A stretch of DNA of 64,000 nt from Leidyana gryllorum EB-2025a (taxonomy: Eukaryota; Protista; Apicomplexa), in the NCBI GenBank assembly GCA_048772705.1, contig JBLWGC010000194.1, positions 124,001-188,000 on the forward strand, in the 5' to 3' direction. The notes beneath the pieces are model-generated. The model made no database searches, had not been told where the DNA came from, and worked only from the letters and a program-made list of their open reading frames with translations. The translations under genes were made by a program, and so were the position numbers. This document shows positions 46,805 to 59,778 of the stretch, piece by piece (position 1 is the stretch's first letter; every line of letters starts with the position of its first letter).

Positions 46805-48001
46805 ATGCCTGTTGACTATGGTCAATTGGTGGTGGGCCCCCCTGGCAGCGGGAAGAGTACTTACTGTCAGGGCATGCACCAACTCCTGTCTGCTCTGAAA
46901 CGCCCGCATTTACTCATAAATCTCGATTTCGCGAACGAGTTCCACCAATCAACGAACAACGAACTCCCACAATTCGATCCTCCAGATGTTGACATTCGAG
47001 ACCTAATAACTGTTGAACAAGTTATGAGAGAACATAATTTGGGGCCCAACGGCTCCCTGATATATTGTAACAAGTTCTTGCGTCAGCACGTCCAATGGCT
47101 CAAAGACAAAATCAAAGAAGCTAAAAGGGCACGAGGCTATAAGCACTCTTACCTTCTCTTTGATATGCCGGGACAGGTCGAATTGTACACTCACGACGAG
47201 TCCATTCACCATATCATCAAGGAACTTAGCGATAGAGACAAAGCAATCCGGGTAAGGAAGAGTACTTACTCACTCACACATAGCAAATACTTCTCTCAGC
47301 TGGCCGCTGTGCATCTCATCGATGCCAACTTATGCACTCAGCCTCATCAATATTTCTCAAGTCTTTTAGTCTCTCTCTCAGCTCAGATAGGCCTGGAACT
47401 GCCTTTTGTTAATTGCTTCACAAAGATCGATCTGCTGGAGCAGGACGGTGATCATCTCAGTGAGTCTCACACGACCGCTACCTTCTCTCTCAAATTTGGC
47501 CCTTCAGAATTCCCCTTAGAGTACTATGCGAGAGCCGAGGATCTCCAATACATGGTGCCTCACGCGCACCCACCACTTGAAAAAGGCAAGCAGACCAAGG
47601 AACATCTCTTTGCACAATTCCACTCGGAGATTTGCGACATAGTTGAGAGTTACAAGTGAGATACAAACACTCCTTCCTCCACACATTAATTGCCGCCCCA
47701 CTGCAGCTTGGTATCCTTCATTCCGCTCAATATACAAGACAAACAGAGCACCATGGCGGTCCTGGCTCAAGTCGATCAAGCAAACGGATTTGCAATGTCA
47801 GCGTACCTGCCACCACATTTACGGTTGCCTGGTGAATCGGATAACGCTGAACTACGCCTCCCAGTGAAGAACTATCTCAAAGCATTCGGTTCGGAGTGGT
47901 TCGATGGAATTGAATTTGACCGAGACGGGACACCCACACTCGACGACATAAATGAAGCACACGCACAACAACAGCAAGACGAGCAGCAACAGTCAACCTG
48001 A
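46805..48001 (+). CDS. GPN2: GPN-loop GTPase 2; introns 47252-47299, 47460-47507 and ~47657-47706
   Basis: GQLVVGPPGSGKSTYC, LGPNGSL (GPN loop), FDMPGQVELYTH, LELPFVNCFTKIDL, LVSFIPL...VDQANG. Confidence 0.9.
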
Positions 48002-51000
48002 AGGAGACGACGACGACGACCCTCCCTCGGAGTTGTCAGACACCACATCGGACCTCACAACATCAGCTTGCGGAATGGCGTCTCCCGCCGGAGACGCCTT
48101 TCCCTTTAAGGCCGGCTTCCCTTTTGAGAGAACTTTTCCTTTGGAGCTGCTCTTGAGAGGCCCCACTTTCGGCGGACCCGCACCCCCCTTCACACCAGCC
48201 TTCATTTTGAAGCCTTTTGGGGCCATCGGTTCACTGTTCAGCGCGTTTGAGGGCGACTTGGGCTGCTTCATCAGTGGACTTTTTCCTTTGCCGCCTTTAG
48301 ATGGCGTGTCCGTTGTACCTCCGAACTTTCCTTTGCCTTTCATCGGTGACGACTTCATCTTCGCACCTCCATTCTCAGCAATCTCAACATCGCCGATGAC
48401 GCCTGGTGGTTCCTTCGATACCTTTCGCAACGTTGGGCTCATCTTGATGGGTTTCTTCATACTGTCCTTCGGCATTTTGGCTTTGCCCTTCTTCGGGGTG
48501 GTGGCTTTCGGATCACCTACGATACCGATGAGACGTCTCCTCTCCGGAGACATCGGCTTACCTCCGTCATTTGCGACTTTACCCTTCAGCTGTGGGGTGC
48601 CCGGCTTCTTTGCGTCCCCGAGCTTTGCTTTCCGAGCCTCTGCTAATGTAAGAGGCCTATCACCACTGACCCCTTTGGGAGGGAAACCCTTCTTTTCACC
48701 GACTCCTTTAGATTTTGGAACCGGGCCTTTTGCAGCGGACCCTTTGGCGCTGCCTTTGGCAAACGGTCCTTTCACAGGCTGTATGGCACCTTCGTGGTCG
48801 CTCTCCCCTTCATTGGCTCGGGCTCGGAGTCGCTGCGCTTCCTTGATAAGACTTTCGATCGAGCCTTCCACCGAGCGGCCCAACAACTCAACCTGTCGAT
48901 CATCGCTGTCATCCGATGATGCCTTGGCTTTGAGGGCTTTGGGGGATTTGATGTCAGGCCGAGCCGATTTGGACTCGGAGGCTTCTGCGTCCGACTGGGT
49001 CAATTTAGCTTTATGGACGACTGGACGACCGGCTAATTCCGCGAGCGCACGTTCCAAAGATGTCTCGTGATGGACGGTTGGCTTCTTTGTGCCGTTAGAA
49101 GCGGCTTCCGTGTTGCCGCCTCTGACAACATGAGCGCCTTCGAGGAGGATGGCTTGTTCGTCCACTGTTCGAGAATAGGAAGACACTTGCAGGTGAGGGT
49201 TGGGAGGTTTCAGAAGGCTTCGAGGTATCATTGTGCTGCCAAACTCCGGTACATCGCTCAGCTCGACAAAGTCCGGCATCTCGCCTCCGAAATCGCGCAG
49301 TAATCGAGTAGCCGCGTCGGTGGGATGGACATTGCGGGCGTGATTCTGAGCTATCTTCAACGATCGAAGTTTGACACAATTTGCCTCCAATGCTTTGGCC
49401 AAATCCACCAAACACTGAGTGAGATTGAAGCTGACATTACGCATCGGCAGAATGAACACTCACCTTGTTGGGAATCGTATTGTTTCTTAGATCCAACTTG
49501 AGGATCCGCTGCGCTTTCTCCTTTTGAAGGGACACAAAGGGTGGAGGAGGGATCTCTTGTGGATGGTTGAGCACAGAGGTTTCCGGCCGCTCCTGAGGTT
49601 TGTATTTCCGCGCTGTAACCGGCGGCTCTTCAATTGAAGATGACGAAGGCGATCGAGATCTCGGAGTCGAAGACCGATCTGACTCTGTCTCCGTCTCGTT
49701 CAAACTGTCGTGAGAAATGTCCGAGTCGTCAGAGAGGCTCGTCTGCCTTCCCATTTGACCACTCATTCTTGCAGGCAATTGCGGAATCTGTTGGGTGTGG
49801 GCTATCATTGGAGGTGTAGCCGGAGCAGAGGGAGGAGCTGCGGGCGTTGACTTTTGGGAGGAGGTTCCTGATGAGCTCGCGGGCGATTTCGCCCTAATCT
49901 CAATCTCTTTGGGTTCATTGGCTTTGGTCGGCCGCACCAAAGGTTTGCCGGTGATCTTCGACCCCAAAGGTTTCGAGAGTGTCGGACCTTTGCTGCTCAA
50001 ACTCGGCTTCAACGGAGCTTTCATCAACTTTTTGACCGGACTCTTCACGGACGCCCCTTTCGCGGGCGTTCCACCATCCCCCAGTGCCTTTTTGATGGGC
50101 ATCTTACCGCCCTTCGTTGGTGCTTTGGTCATAAGGGCTTTCGTTGACTTGGGGTCAGACGCCTTCCCGCCATCTCCGGTCAGTCCCTTACCCAATTTAC
50201 CTTTGCCAATAGGCCCTTTCCCTTTGCCGTTGAATTTGCCCATCTTAGTGTCGGGGTAGAGGTTACTGGGAGAGTCTTTCCCGGGTACTGGCATCTTCCC
50301 CCCATTCATCTTGGGCACTCCACCTGCCTTCTTGGCACCCACTCCTTTGCCGGGCGCCTTTTTGAGCCCCAACTTTTCGCCTCCCTTCACCCCTTTTGCT
50401 CCAGCAGGGTCTCCTCCTCCGCCCTTGGGTCCCTTGGGGGGTGCTCCTCCTTTCGCACTTGGCTTTCCCTTGGCTGGGCTTTGACCGGGAGTCTTTCCCT
50501 TCGCTGATTTGCCCGGTGCGGATCCTACGTCTCCCTTTTTGACGGGGCCTTTGGCTGGACCTTTTGTCGGCCCAGTCTTCGGAGTACTCGCCTCCTCCTT
50601 CTTGACGACTGGGGTCTTGCCTTTAACACCGCCCTTGCCGCCCTTCGAGACGGCTTTGCCCTTCCCGAATTTCTTGGGCACGTTCTCCGCGTCAGAATCA
50701 ATTGCATCGGGGGGTTCAGCGGCGAAGAGTTGGGAGTTGTCGACCAGTTTGATCGTGCGTTTCCGCTGTGTTCGTCTCTCGCCAGGGAAGGCGATCTGCA
50801 TAGGCCGATGTTCATCAGGGATACCCAGGCTGGACTCTCGAGAGAGTTTTCGGAAACTGGCGGTGGATCCTTCACGCCGGAGCGTGTCCAGAGTCTCTCG
50901 TGTTTCGACGGCTTTCTTGACAGGCGGTTGGGCAATCGATTGCCGATTCTGGGTCCGGTCGCCATGTTCATACTTCAGTGCGTCCACGAGAGCGATTGCG

Positions 51001-54000
51001 AATCCGTCACTGAGACCGTTGTTGCGGACACTGAGGTCAGAGAGGGTCGAAATAGTACTGCGAGCGGCCCACCTTATTGTTTCTGTGCGGCAGAAAGCCA
51101 TGAGATCCACAATGGCCAAGGCGAGCGGTGTGTTGTCCAGGAACCAGTTTGAATCCAAGATGCAATGTCGAGGATTCAAAGATCTCAGAACGAATCGGAG
51201 AGCTCGGCTTTGATCGGTGGTATGGGCGGCCAATCTGTTAACTGAGAGGTCAATGGTTTGCACTTTGATGGGGAAACGTAGGAGAATTTGACAAATGTCC
51301 ATCAGGTGGAACTCGTCAATACCACAGTTCACCAGATAGAGAGCATCGATACTCGGCATACCACCGGCCATGCGATAGAGACGTCTGACCAGAGCTTCAA
51401 ACTCGTCGCTGTTGAAAACACACTGAGATAAGTCAATGGTTTTGGTGTGATCTTCATCTGCCCAATACTGGATCTCTTCTGTCATCGGTGTGCCCACTCT
51501 GCCCAGATTCTCCAACATGACTGCTGGGGCCCGGAACGCAGGCATAACTCCATCCGGGAGCGCAGACGAACGGATTCGCAAAAGTCTCCTTTCTATACGC
51601 CTGGCGACACAATCGTGCAGCATTCTGAAGCTCGAGGGCACACGGCGGTCCAGAGCATTCTCTTCTGCGCTCCAAGTTCGTGTGCTCAGATAGGACTCGA
51701 GTCGATTCGCTCGCAGACGATATCGACTACGTCTCCGCGCTTTGCGGTCTGCGTCGGTCTTATCCAACCATCGTTGCTCGATGACACTTCGGTTCGTTTC
51801 GATCTCGTTGGGCGTCACAGTGATAGGCGTCAGTCGGGTGCGCAAGTAGAGCCCTTCGGCTTTGATGAAAGCAGCTTGCTCGGGTATCGCCAGTCTCAGA
51901 ACTGCAGTGGTCGGCTCGCAACGTATTGGGGCAATGGAACACTCACCGTGTGGCTCGACGGCGCCACCACAATCCTCGCCGATGGTGTGGATCTCCCACG
52001 GAAAGCCCACCGCGCTGATACATTGCAGTCTCGGGCAGGTGCTGGCGAGAATTTTGACCAATTGCACAAAGACTCGGCGGTCAAACGTATTGTAATCCAA
52101 CCGCAGTCGACAAAGACTCCACGCGCGTGACAACGAGCCGGAGCTCTCATTGATCGGTCCGGTCAGAAATAGGCGTCGACCGCTCTGCCAAACATTCAAA
52201 TTCTGGTCGACACTTCCTGCCGTGGCAGCGTCGGGTGCAACTGGTACACGAGTCTGCAGTAATCGTACAGTCCGCGTGAGCGTGTCTGTGTCAATGGCGC
52301 ATCCGGTGAGGTCGATGTCTTCCAGGGCTGAATCTGCGAAAAGATCCACCAGAAAGCGCGCCACCTGGCCGGGGGGAGCTTTGCTCCCCATCAGTGTGTG
52401 ACTCAGATCCACTTCACGAATCCTTAACCCCCGAAGTACTTGCGATAAGGCTCGCAATCGATTGTCCACAGTCGTATCTGAGACGGCCATACCGCAAACA
52501 GACTTAAGAGAACGAGTTGATCGGAGTTACTCACCGCCCCGAGTCAGATAGTGTAGATCGGCAGACTCGAGAGAGGTCTGAGACATGAAATCCGAATGGC
52601 TCAGCGACAAAGCCCGGAGACGGCTGGCAGAAGTATTTTCGAGCCGAGGAAGAACGGGGAAGAGATCCAGGCAAAGGAACATGTCGCCGGAGCAGCTGTT
52701 GAATGTGCTGTCTCTCTGGTCACCAGACAATGTCACTTACAATCGAAATTCCGCTTTCCGACAATGGAGACTCTGGACAGCGACAGCGAGCAACAGAGAA
52801 GCGAACTTGGCAGCGAAATTGATTTCATGAATACTGAGCGTCTTTGATCTTCTGCAGGCGTTGAACACATCGATCGCGTCTCGCAGTGGATTCGCCCGGG
52901 TGGCAGCAATCAGTTCCTCTTTGCGAACATTCCCGGATTGGGCCCCAGTCGTCTCTGGTGGTTCGGCTGCGGGTATGAAGGCCAATAGTGATGTGTCTCC
53001 TTCGTTTCCCAACTCTTTCGCCAAATCAGTTCGGGATTTGAGGATTTCCGGGAACTTGGCAACGAGCAATGGGAAGAAGGTGAGTGTGAGGGTGGGACAG
53101 TCGGTGAGGTTAATGAACCTGAGGAACGGCAAGTACTCTCGTACGACGTAGCACAGCTTGGTGACGTCCTGATTGTTCACAGAGTTCCCACTCAGATTTA
53201 AACTCAACCCGGGCTCGAAGTAACTCTTTGTCCACACCAACTGCATATCGGAACTCTTCTCCTGCAGAAAGGAACAGAAGCCTTCGATGAAGAGAGTGCT
53301 CAGACGATTGTGGCTGAGTCTGAGGAGCGGCGGAGAGAGAGAACGGTGTCAGTTGGGTAAGCGAGTGAGTATTCGAAAACTCACTCCAGTCTTTCTAGAG
53401 GTCGACTCATCACCAGTTCCGCGAATCCCCTGCCAATCTGGGCGTGGTCACCCAGGGAGCAATGGTTCAGCATCACGATTCGGGCCCCTGTCGCATCAAT
53501 CACTCGGACGAGATGGATCATTTGCTCTGGCGAGTTGGCCAAATCCAAGACGTTATAGGAGAAATCCCAGATCTGCAGGTTGGAGGAGATTCGCGTGGGG
53601 AGTTCGATGAAATCCTTGAACCATTTCGATGTCACTTGGGCCCGATTCACCGAAACGCACATCACTTTGTCACCTTCCGGTTCAATGTCGCTGACCACGG
53701 CGCAAAGCTCGTCCACCGGAGTCTCCACCCCCGAGAAGTCGAGCTCGTAGGAATACCGATCCAAGATGCTCGCGATCAAGTCTGGATTGGGCAGACGATT
53801 CGAGTCTTTGGTGCGACGCAAATGGCGGGCCGCCACCCAACTGCATAGACCTAAATTCAACCACAAAGCGTCAAAACTCACACGCGACACAAATCGTGGT
53901 ACCACCCCCATGCTGTATCATCATCAACAGCCACAAAGGTGATCGTGTTGGGCAGGGCCACGGGCAATTTGAATCGCCCCAGACACTCAATGCCTTTGAC

Positions 54001-56419
54001 ACTGATGTCAAATGAGCTGTGTTTGACCAGTCGACGCATCGTGCACCCCAAAGCCTCCGACAATCTTTCGGGCAAACGTTTTCCCATTGAGGACATAGTG
54101 TTCTGAATCCGGTCAGAGGTAGCGTGATTGTATTGACGGGAACCATTCCACTTTGCTTTACTGATAACTGGACGGGACCTTTCGCTGGTCAATCGAATAG
54201 CAAAGACAATGCGCATATTACGAATGCTCTGGGATGGCCGAGGCTGTTTCGGAAAGACCATCTGACGATCCGGGAGTGCGACATGCATAAGATCGGCCCG
54301 GCTCGGCTCGAAACACCACATGGAGCAATCAAACAGAACGGCCCAGACGAATCCATACGGCGTCGAATTTGTATTGTGCTGAATCCATCCCTCTCGAAGT
54401 ATTGGACCGGAAAGCAGAAAGCTCGGAGCGGCTCGGTTGAAAGCGGACATCATTGGGAAGTTGTTGCCCGTCACTGAACACCGATCTGAAATAATTCGAG
54501 CGGTGTCGTACCTTTGAGCTGATTCACCAGCGTGCGAATACTCTCCCGTTTCGCCTGGACTTTGTCCTCGTAGACCATTTGACGAACGTCTTCGTCGGTG
54601 AACGTGGGAAGAATCTGTCTAAGGTCCGAGTCGAAATCTTCATTCTCAGTGTCAGACCAGTTAAGTGGCTCGTTGAGAGGGGCCGAGATCTCTCCTCGCA
54701 ACGTCAGATACCGAATCCAATCTCTCTCCCACACCGGCCGGGACGCAATCTTGAGGTCAATCCGCAACAGAGGAATGATTTTGGTCTTCATCCACCAGGC
54801 GAACGTCAAATGATGTCTCTGCAGTGCCATCAGCGTTTTCGGACTCCGTTCGACTTCAGGAATCTCTTCCTCTGCGATCGAAATGTGTTATGAGACTATC
54901 GGAAAGGTCTTTCTTACTCGAGCCTTTCAACATGATGTCCTTCTCAATGGATTCTGTGTACTTTTCGAGCCTCTCTCTCTCCTTTCTGGCTTCCTCCTCC
55001 TGCTCGTGACGACGTCTCTGTGCCCGTCGTACCTCCAGTCGTAGGTGTTTCAAATTGGTTTCAAATAGTGACTTCTCTGCTCTGGCGCCTCTCTTCATCA
55101 CCGGATTGACGGGCCCCTCCTTGAAGATGTCCCAGATATCAATTAGGCCATCTTCAGTTGCCGTGGTGGTCTGCGCGAGCTCGAGCTGTATCACTGGTCG
55201 GGCGAAACTCTCCTCTTTCTCGGCATCGGCTTCCGCGATGGGCCCATCCACCACGCCAAAGTCTGCGATTCACATTTTGACTTTGCACCAACACACCCCC
55301 CACCGGAGTTGAACCACTGCACTACTGCTCACCATACTGCTCGAGTACGCCCATAAAGTCTTTATCCGAGTCGGGTTCCTCACAATCCTGAAGCCACCGC
55401 TGTTGTGCGAGCATTGGCCCCACGGACAATGGGCGATCGCCCGGGATGAGGAGATTACGATCCTGATCCTCCTCAAGATCGCGAGTCACCCTTTTGTGCT
55501 TTGCCCAATGGATGGGAGCGATGACATCAAGTCTGGCCAGAAGGCCGCGGGGGACTGGAACCAAATCATTGCCAATTCGAAAGTGCTCTTCGTCGCCCTG
55601 CGCAGGTTTGCGGTCAGTTTGAGGTGTGGGATTGAATATTCTGAGTGAGTCAGCCTTATCGAGATGTTTGACGCCCAGTTCTGTGGTGACATCTGTTCTC
55701 TCAGCCCCCACTCTCATCGATGCCTCCGGATAGAGTGTGTCGAATCGGGCGAACTCAGGCATTCCCAGCCTTCGTTCCATCTCCGCTATCATTGTCATTG
55801 TCTCATAACCTTCGCCTGTGAATTTGAGGGTCTCCTCCTTGTCCGCTGCCGGGTCGACTGTGGTGCCGAGCATTCGCTGACACTTGGCGAAAGAGCTCTC
55901 TGCGGTCTGAGCTCCCGTCCCCAATTACTGAGTACACTGAGACTGCCCTCTCACCTCCTTCTCGATGGGGCCCGTGCAAGCAGCAGGATCAGGAAGGCCC
56001 TGATCATTGAGATACTCTGGAATAGATGACCCATATTTTGGTCTGATCGCTTCCAGAAAGGTGTCGCCAAAGTTAGCAGGCGTATTCCGCCAGTGCCGTT
56101 CATCGCCCCAAGTACGCGTCCTCAATTCAGGTATGGAGGTTTCGACCTCCTTGTTGGTGGCGGCGACTGCTGCAGCGTCATCTGCATAGGAAGTGTTGAT
56201 CTTGAACACCTCCTGAGTGCTGCCGAGCGTTAGATGAGGTCTTCGTGACACACTCGCAATACGGGGTGCAGTCTTGAGACTGTCGATAATGGACCCATCG
56301 GCCTGCAGTTCCAATTGAGATTGGGGGTCCGACAAGGTGCCACGGAGACTCGGGCCTGTGGGCCGCCATTCGAAGGGGGAGGTTGGATCATGATTCAAAT
56401 GTCTAGACTGGCCACTCAT
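47993..56419 (-). CDS. Giant (~2600 aa) multi-exon protein: coiled coil, PH-like domain, multiple RNI-like LRR blocks and two Lys/Gly/Pro-rich regions
   Basis: Successive minus-strand ORFs join by GT-AG introns (e.g. TCGA|gtaaga...cgcag|AG; AAAG|gtacga...ttcag|TG; GT|gtgagt...tgcag|T). PH-like ILREGWIQH...WAVLF...WYHDLCR. LRRs include LQIWDFSYNVL, LNLSGNSV, IDLSVNRL and LKLDLRNNTI. Confidence 0.7.
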
Positions 56420-56505
56420 TGCTTTAACACATATTTATTGTTCACTATCTGAAGGTCAGTGGTTGATGGGGAGTTTGGAATGACAATAGGCGAGTGAGCA
56501 GGGTT

Positions 56506-59500
56506 TCATGGAGCGAGCGAGAGGAAGTATGGTGTGTGTATGACGCTTTTGTCAGCAGGCAGTACTACTTCATGATCTCCTGCAATAACGCGTCGGGGAC
56601 CAACAATGTCTGCAGTGTTGAAGAATCGAATGGTGGCTATTGGAGTTACTCTCACCAATGGGTGCTCGGTAGGCGCTACAGCAGTGGTGGCCAGCTTGTT
56701 ATAGGTTCCGCTCAAATCGGCCACACCCTTCTCCTCCTGAGAGTCAAAGAAAGAAGTCCATTGATGCGACGAGTCAGTGAGTTATCTCACCTCATTCGCC
56801 ATGGAAGCAAACAAGCGTTCCCGCATTTCGTCTCCAGCATCTTGTATCTTCTGAGGCCGTGCTGTCAAACTCTCGTCCTTGCGGAGTAACCCAGCGAGTA
56901 TTGGGAGAGTGGATCGCACTTTGTGAGACAAGTTATTGTTTGCCCGCAACAGAGGATGGCTCATCAGAGACACAAACGCGGCCAAGAGACACCTTCTCTC
57001 GGGCAAAGTCTTGACGTGCTCGGCCACGGGTAAGAGGTAGAGATTCATGTAGGGCTCCAATCTGGATGACTGGTTATCGATGAGTGAGGGAACGTCCAGA
57101 GTGACATCGCGGTTATCACCGTCGCGCCGCCCGATGGCTCCACGGTTGGCCACCAAGTCACACTTGACTTGGAGCGCACACATGGAAACAACGGCACACT
57201 CGGTTGGGATATTGACACTTCCTCCGTGACCAACTTTGGATATGTATTGACTGAGACAAGCGACCAGTGGTCTGGCGTAAGTCTTCAAAACACCCTCGGG
57301 CATCCAGAGAATGATATTGTTGACATATTCATAACTAATCTTGGCAGCCATTCTCCGGTTACCCAAACAGTAGTTGAACAGTGTTAACATGTTGCCAGTG
57401 GCCTGCTCCATATGACTTCCGAGAATCCAAGATCGGCGCAAGAAAGAGGAAATCAGTGACAAGATGCCGGGTATGTTTGCATTCGAAGCCGTCCATCGGT
57501 CCTTGTGGAGTACCCCGTCAAAGATGCCGGTATACAGGTCGGCCCATTGCTGAGTCACGACGTTAGTACCCACCCTCGTGGGGAGTGTAGACAGGAGGCC
57601 AGCGACCACTTGGTAGGCGTAAGGCACAAATGCGTGACTCTCCTCCTCAGTGATGATCGCCCCCATAGTTCTCAGCACATAGGAATGCAACTCGTGGCCC
57701 TGAGCGGTAACGCCCACCGCCACAGCAACTATTCCACACAATGCGGCAACAGCCTCAAACAGGTAATGACAGAAAATCGGATTCACCGGCTTCCGTGCCA
57801 CTTCCCGAAGGATTGTCACGAGCTCGTTGAGTCTCTGTGCTTGGGTGTTGACGTCCATTCGTACCACCGCCAACAGTCTCCAAAGGCAACGCATGACGTA
57901 TTCATTGTCCAAACATTCCACACTCAAGCTGACCCGCGAAAACAGGGGCTTCACAGCGTTCTGGAGTGCTCTCTGCACCGCAGGCGATTGACGATTGAGA
58001 AACGGTTCTCCCGGAGCCTTGAAGGTCAACAAGCGCTCCAAAGTTGAGGCCGCGTTGGTGTACACGTACACGTGTTCGCTCGCCAGGTACTTGACCACAT
58101 ACGGCAACAGATTGACCAATTGACTGTAAAAGGAGATAATGTGAATTCGGAGAGAGACTTTCCGACAGCAAACTCACTCTGAGGGAATGAACCGTCGGAA
58201 CATACAGATAAACTTGAGAGCAGATCCTTTGACCAAAGCAGCCTCTGGAGACTTGATGGGAGTATCATCCGCCAATACAGGAATGAGTTGCTGATTCAGA
58301 TACTCAGTGACCGAAACTATAGAAGACACTTCCGTGATTCCTTTAGCCCGCGTCGAAGTCTTGACGGAGATGGAGGTCACCAAATAGGTGGCCGCTTCTC
58401 TCAACAGCAATCTGTCCTTTGTGGTTCTGCCACTGTGACCCGACTCAGCGAGCATCCCCTTGATGGCTTCGAGTAAGTCCTTGCAGACCTCGGCTTCATG
58501 ATGATTCAGCAGAGATTTGATCAACTGTGCCGCACCTTCGCGACGAGCCCCTCTCAACAAGCCTTCGAGGTCCTCGCGAGTGTACAGGAGCGGCTCCTCG
58601 TCACAGGCCTCCAGATCCCCTTCGCGCAGACCCACATGATTGAGGATGACAGAGGTGCAGAGGTCGTGGCAGAGGTTAGGAATATGGGCAAAGGGATCCT
58701 TCTCTGGGCCCCAGTTGACACCCGCGATGACAGCCAGACTGGCCATGGCACTGCCCACCAAGGCATCATACTGAGTTTCAGAAGAACATTGTCTAATGGC
58801 CTCAATCAGCGCCTTGGTGGCGTCGAGGGTATAAGGAGTGAACTCTTCAGTATACTTTTGTCCGTATTCTCGGATGATTTCGCACGCTGCGGTTTTGAGA
58901 TCGATTTGCTTCTCGTTGTCTCCTCGGGCGTAGGGGTTGGCTGGGCAAGCCAGCAACTTGATGGTCTCTGTCATGTGCATCTGCATCTGCTCTTCAAAAT
59001 ACTCCGGGAGGTCAACACCATGGAGAGTTTTGATGATTTTCAGAGAGTGACAGGCGCCATCACACAGTTGGAGGGACCTGCGGGCGAGTATCTGGTTGTC
59101 GAGAGACCCAGAAGGGCTGGTACACATGCTTCGGTACATCTCGCCAAACCATTTGTACATATATAGGATGGGTTCCTGCGCATTGGACAGGATATACTGT
59201 AATTCAGAGAGAATGCCTTCGCTACGTTCAATGTTCTCGTACTTGCTGAGGACATTGAAGAGCACATCTTGAGCTATCAGGATTTGCTCCAAGTCACATT
59301 GGGAATTGTCCTGACCAGAGGCTTGCATACGAGCGAGCAGGAACGGCTTGTAGTACTGGTTAATCAGAGTCGGTAAGAGCGTTGGCCAGTCGCCAGGGAA
59401 GTCAGTCGCCACCATAACTACGAGCACGTCGAACAAAATGTTGCGGATCGATTGCGTGCTCTGAATCAACAAGGGAAGTATCTGCTCCTTCATCAGTTGT

Positions 59501-59754
59501 CGAGTTTGAGCATTCACTTGTTCCTCGTGTTCCCAAGTCCGCTTCAGAGTGTTCTTGAGGAAGATGGCGGCACCCAATCGCGCTGTGGGATCCACTTTAC
59601 CCTCAGCTTGTGGACTCAGAATACCACAGAGTGTGCGGATGGTCTGAGTTTGATGCGACCGGAGCAGTGCATTCAGCTCATCGCATCCTGCGTTCAAAGT
59701 GGCAATGTCCGTAGATACGGACTTGGACACGGCTTCCACAACCCGAGGGTCCAT
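56506..59754 (-). CDS. CSE1: Exportin-2 / CSE1 (importin-alpha export receptor); at least 2 introns, 3' end approximate
   Basis: IBN_N RLGAAIFLKNTLKRTW, DFPGDWPTLLP, DLPEYFEEQM, YTREDLEG, NEYVMRC, NPIFCHYLFE, FVPYAYQ. Confidence 0.92.
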
Positions 59755-59778
59755 TGACGACTCCAAAAAATGTTTTTA

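Noticed and set aside
47993-56419. Calling the PH-LRR gene CARMIL or a formin
   Set aside because: I could not find a capping-protein-interaction motif (LxHxTxxRPK) or an FH2 domain.
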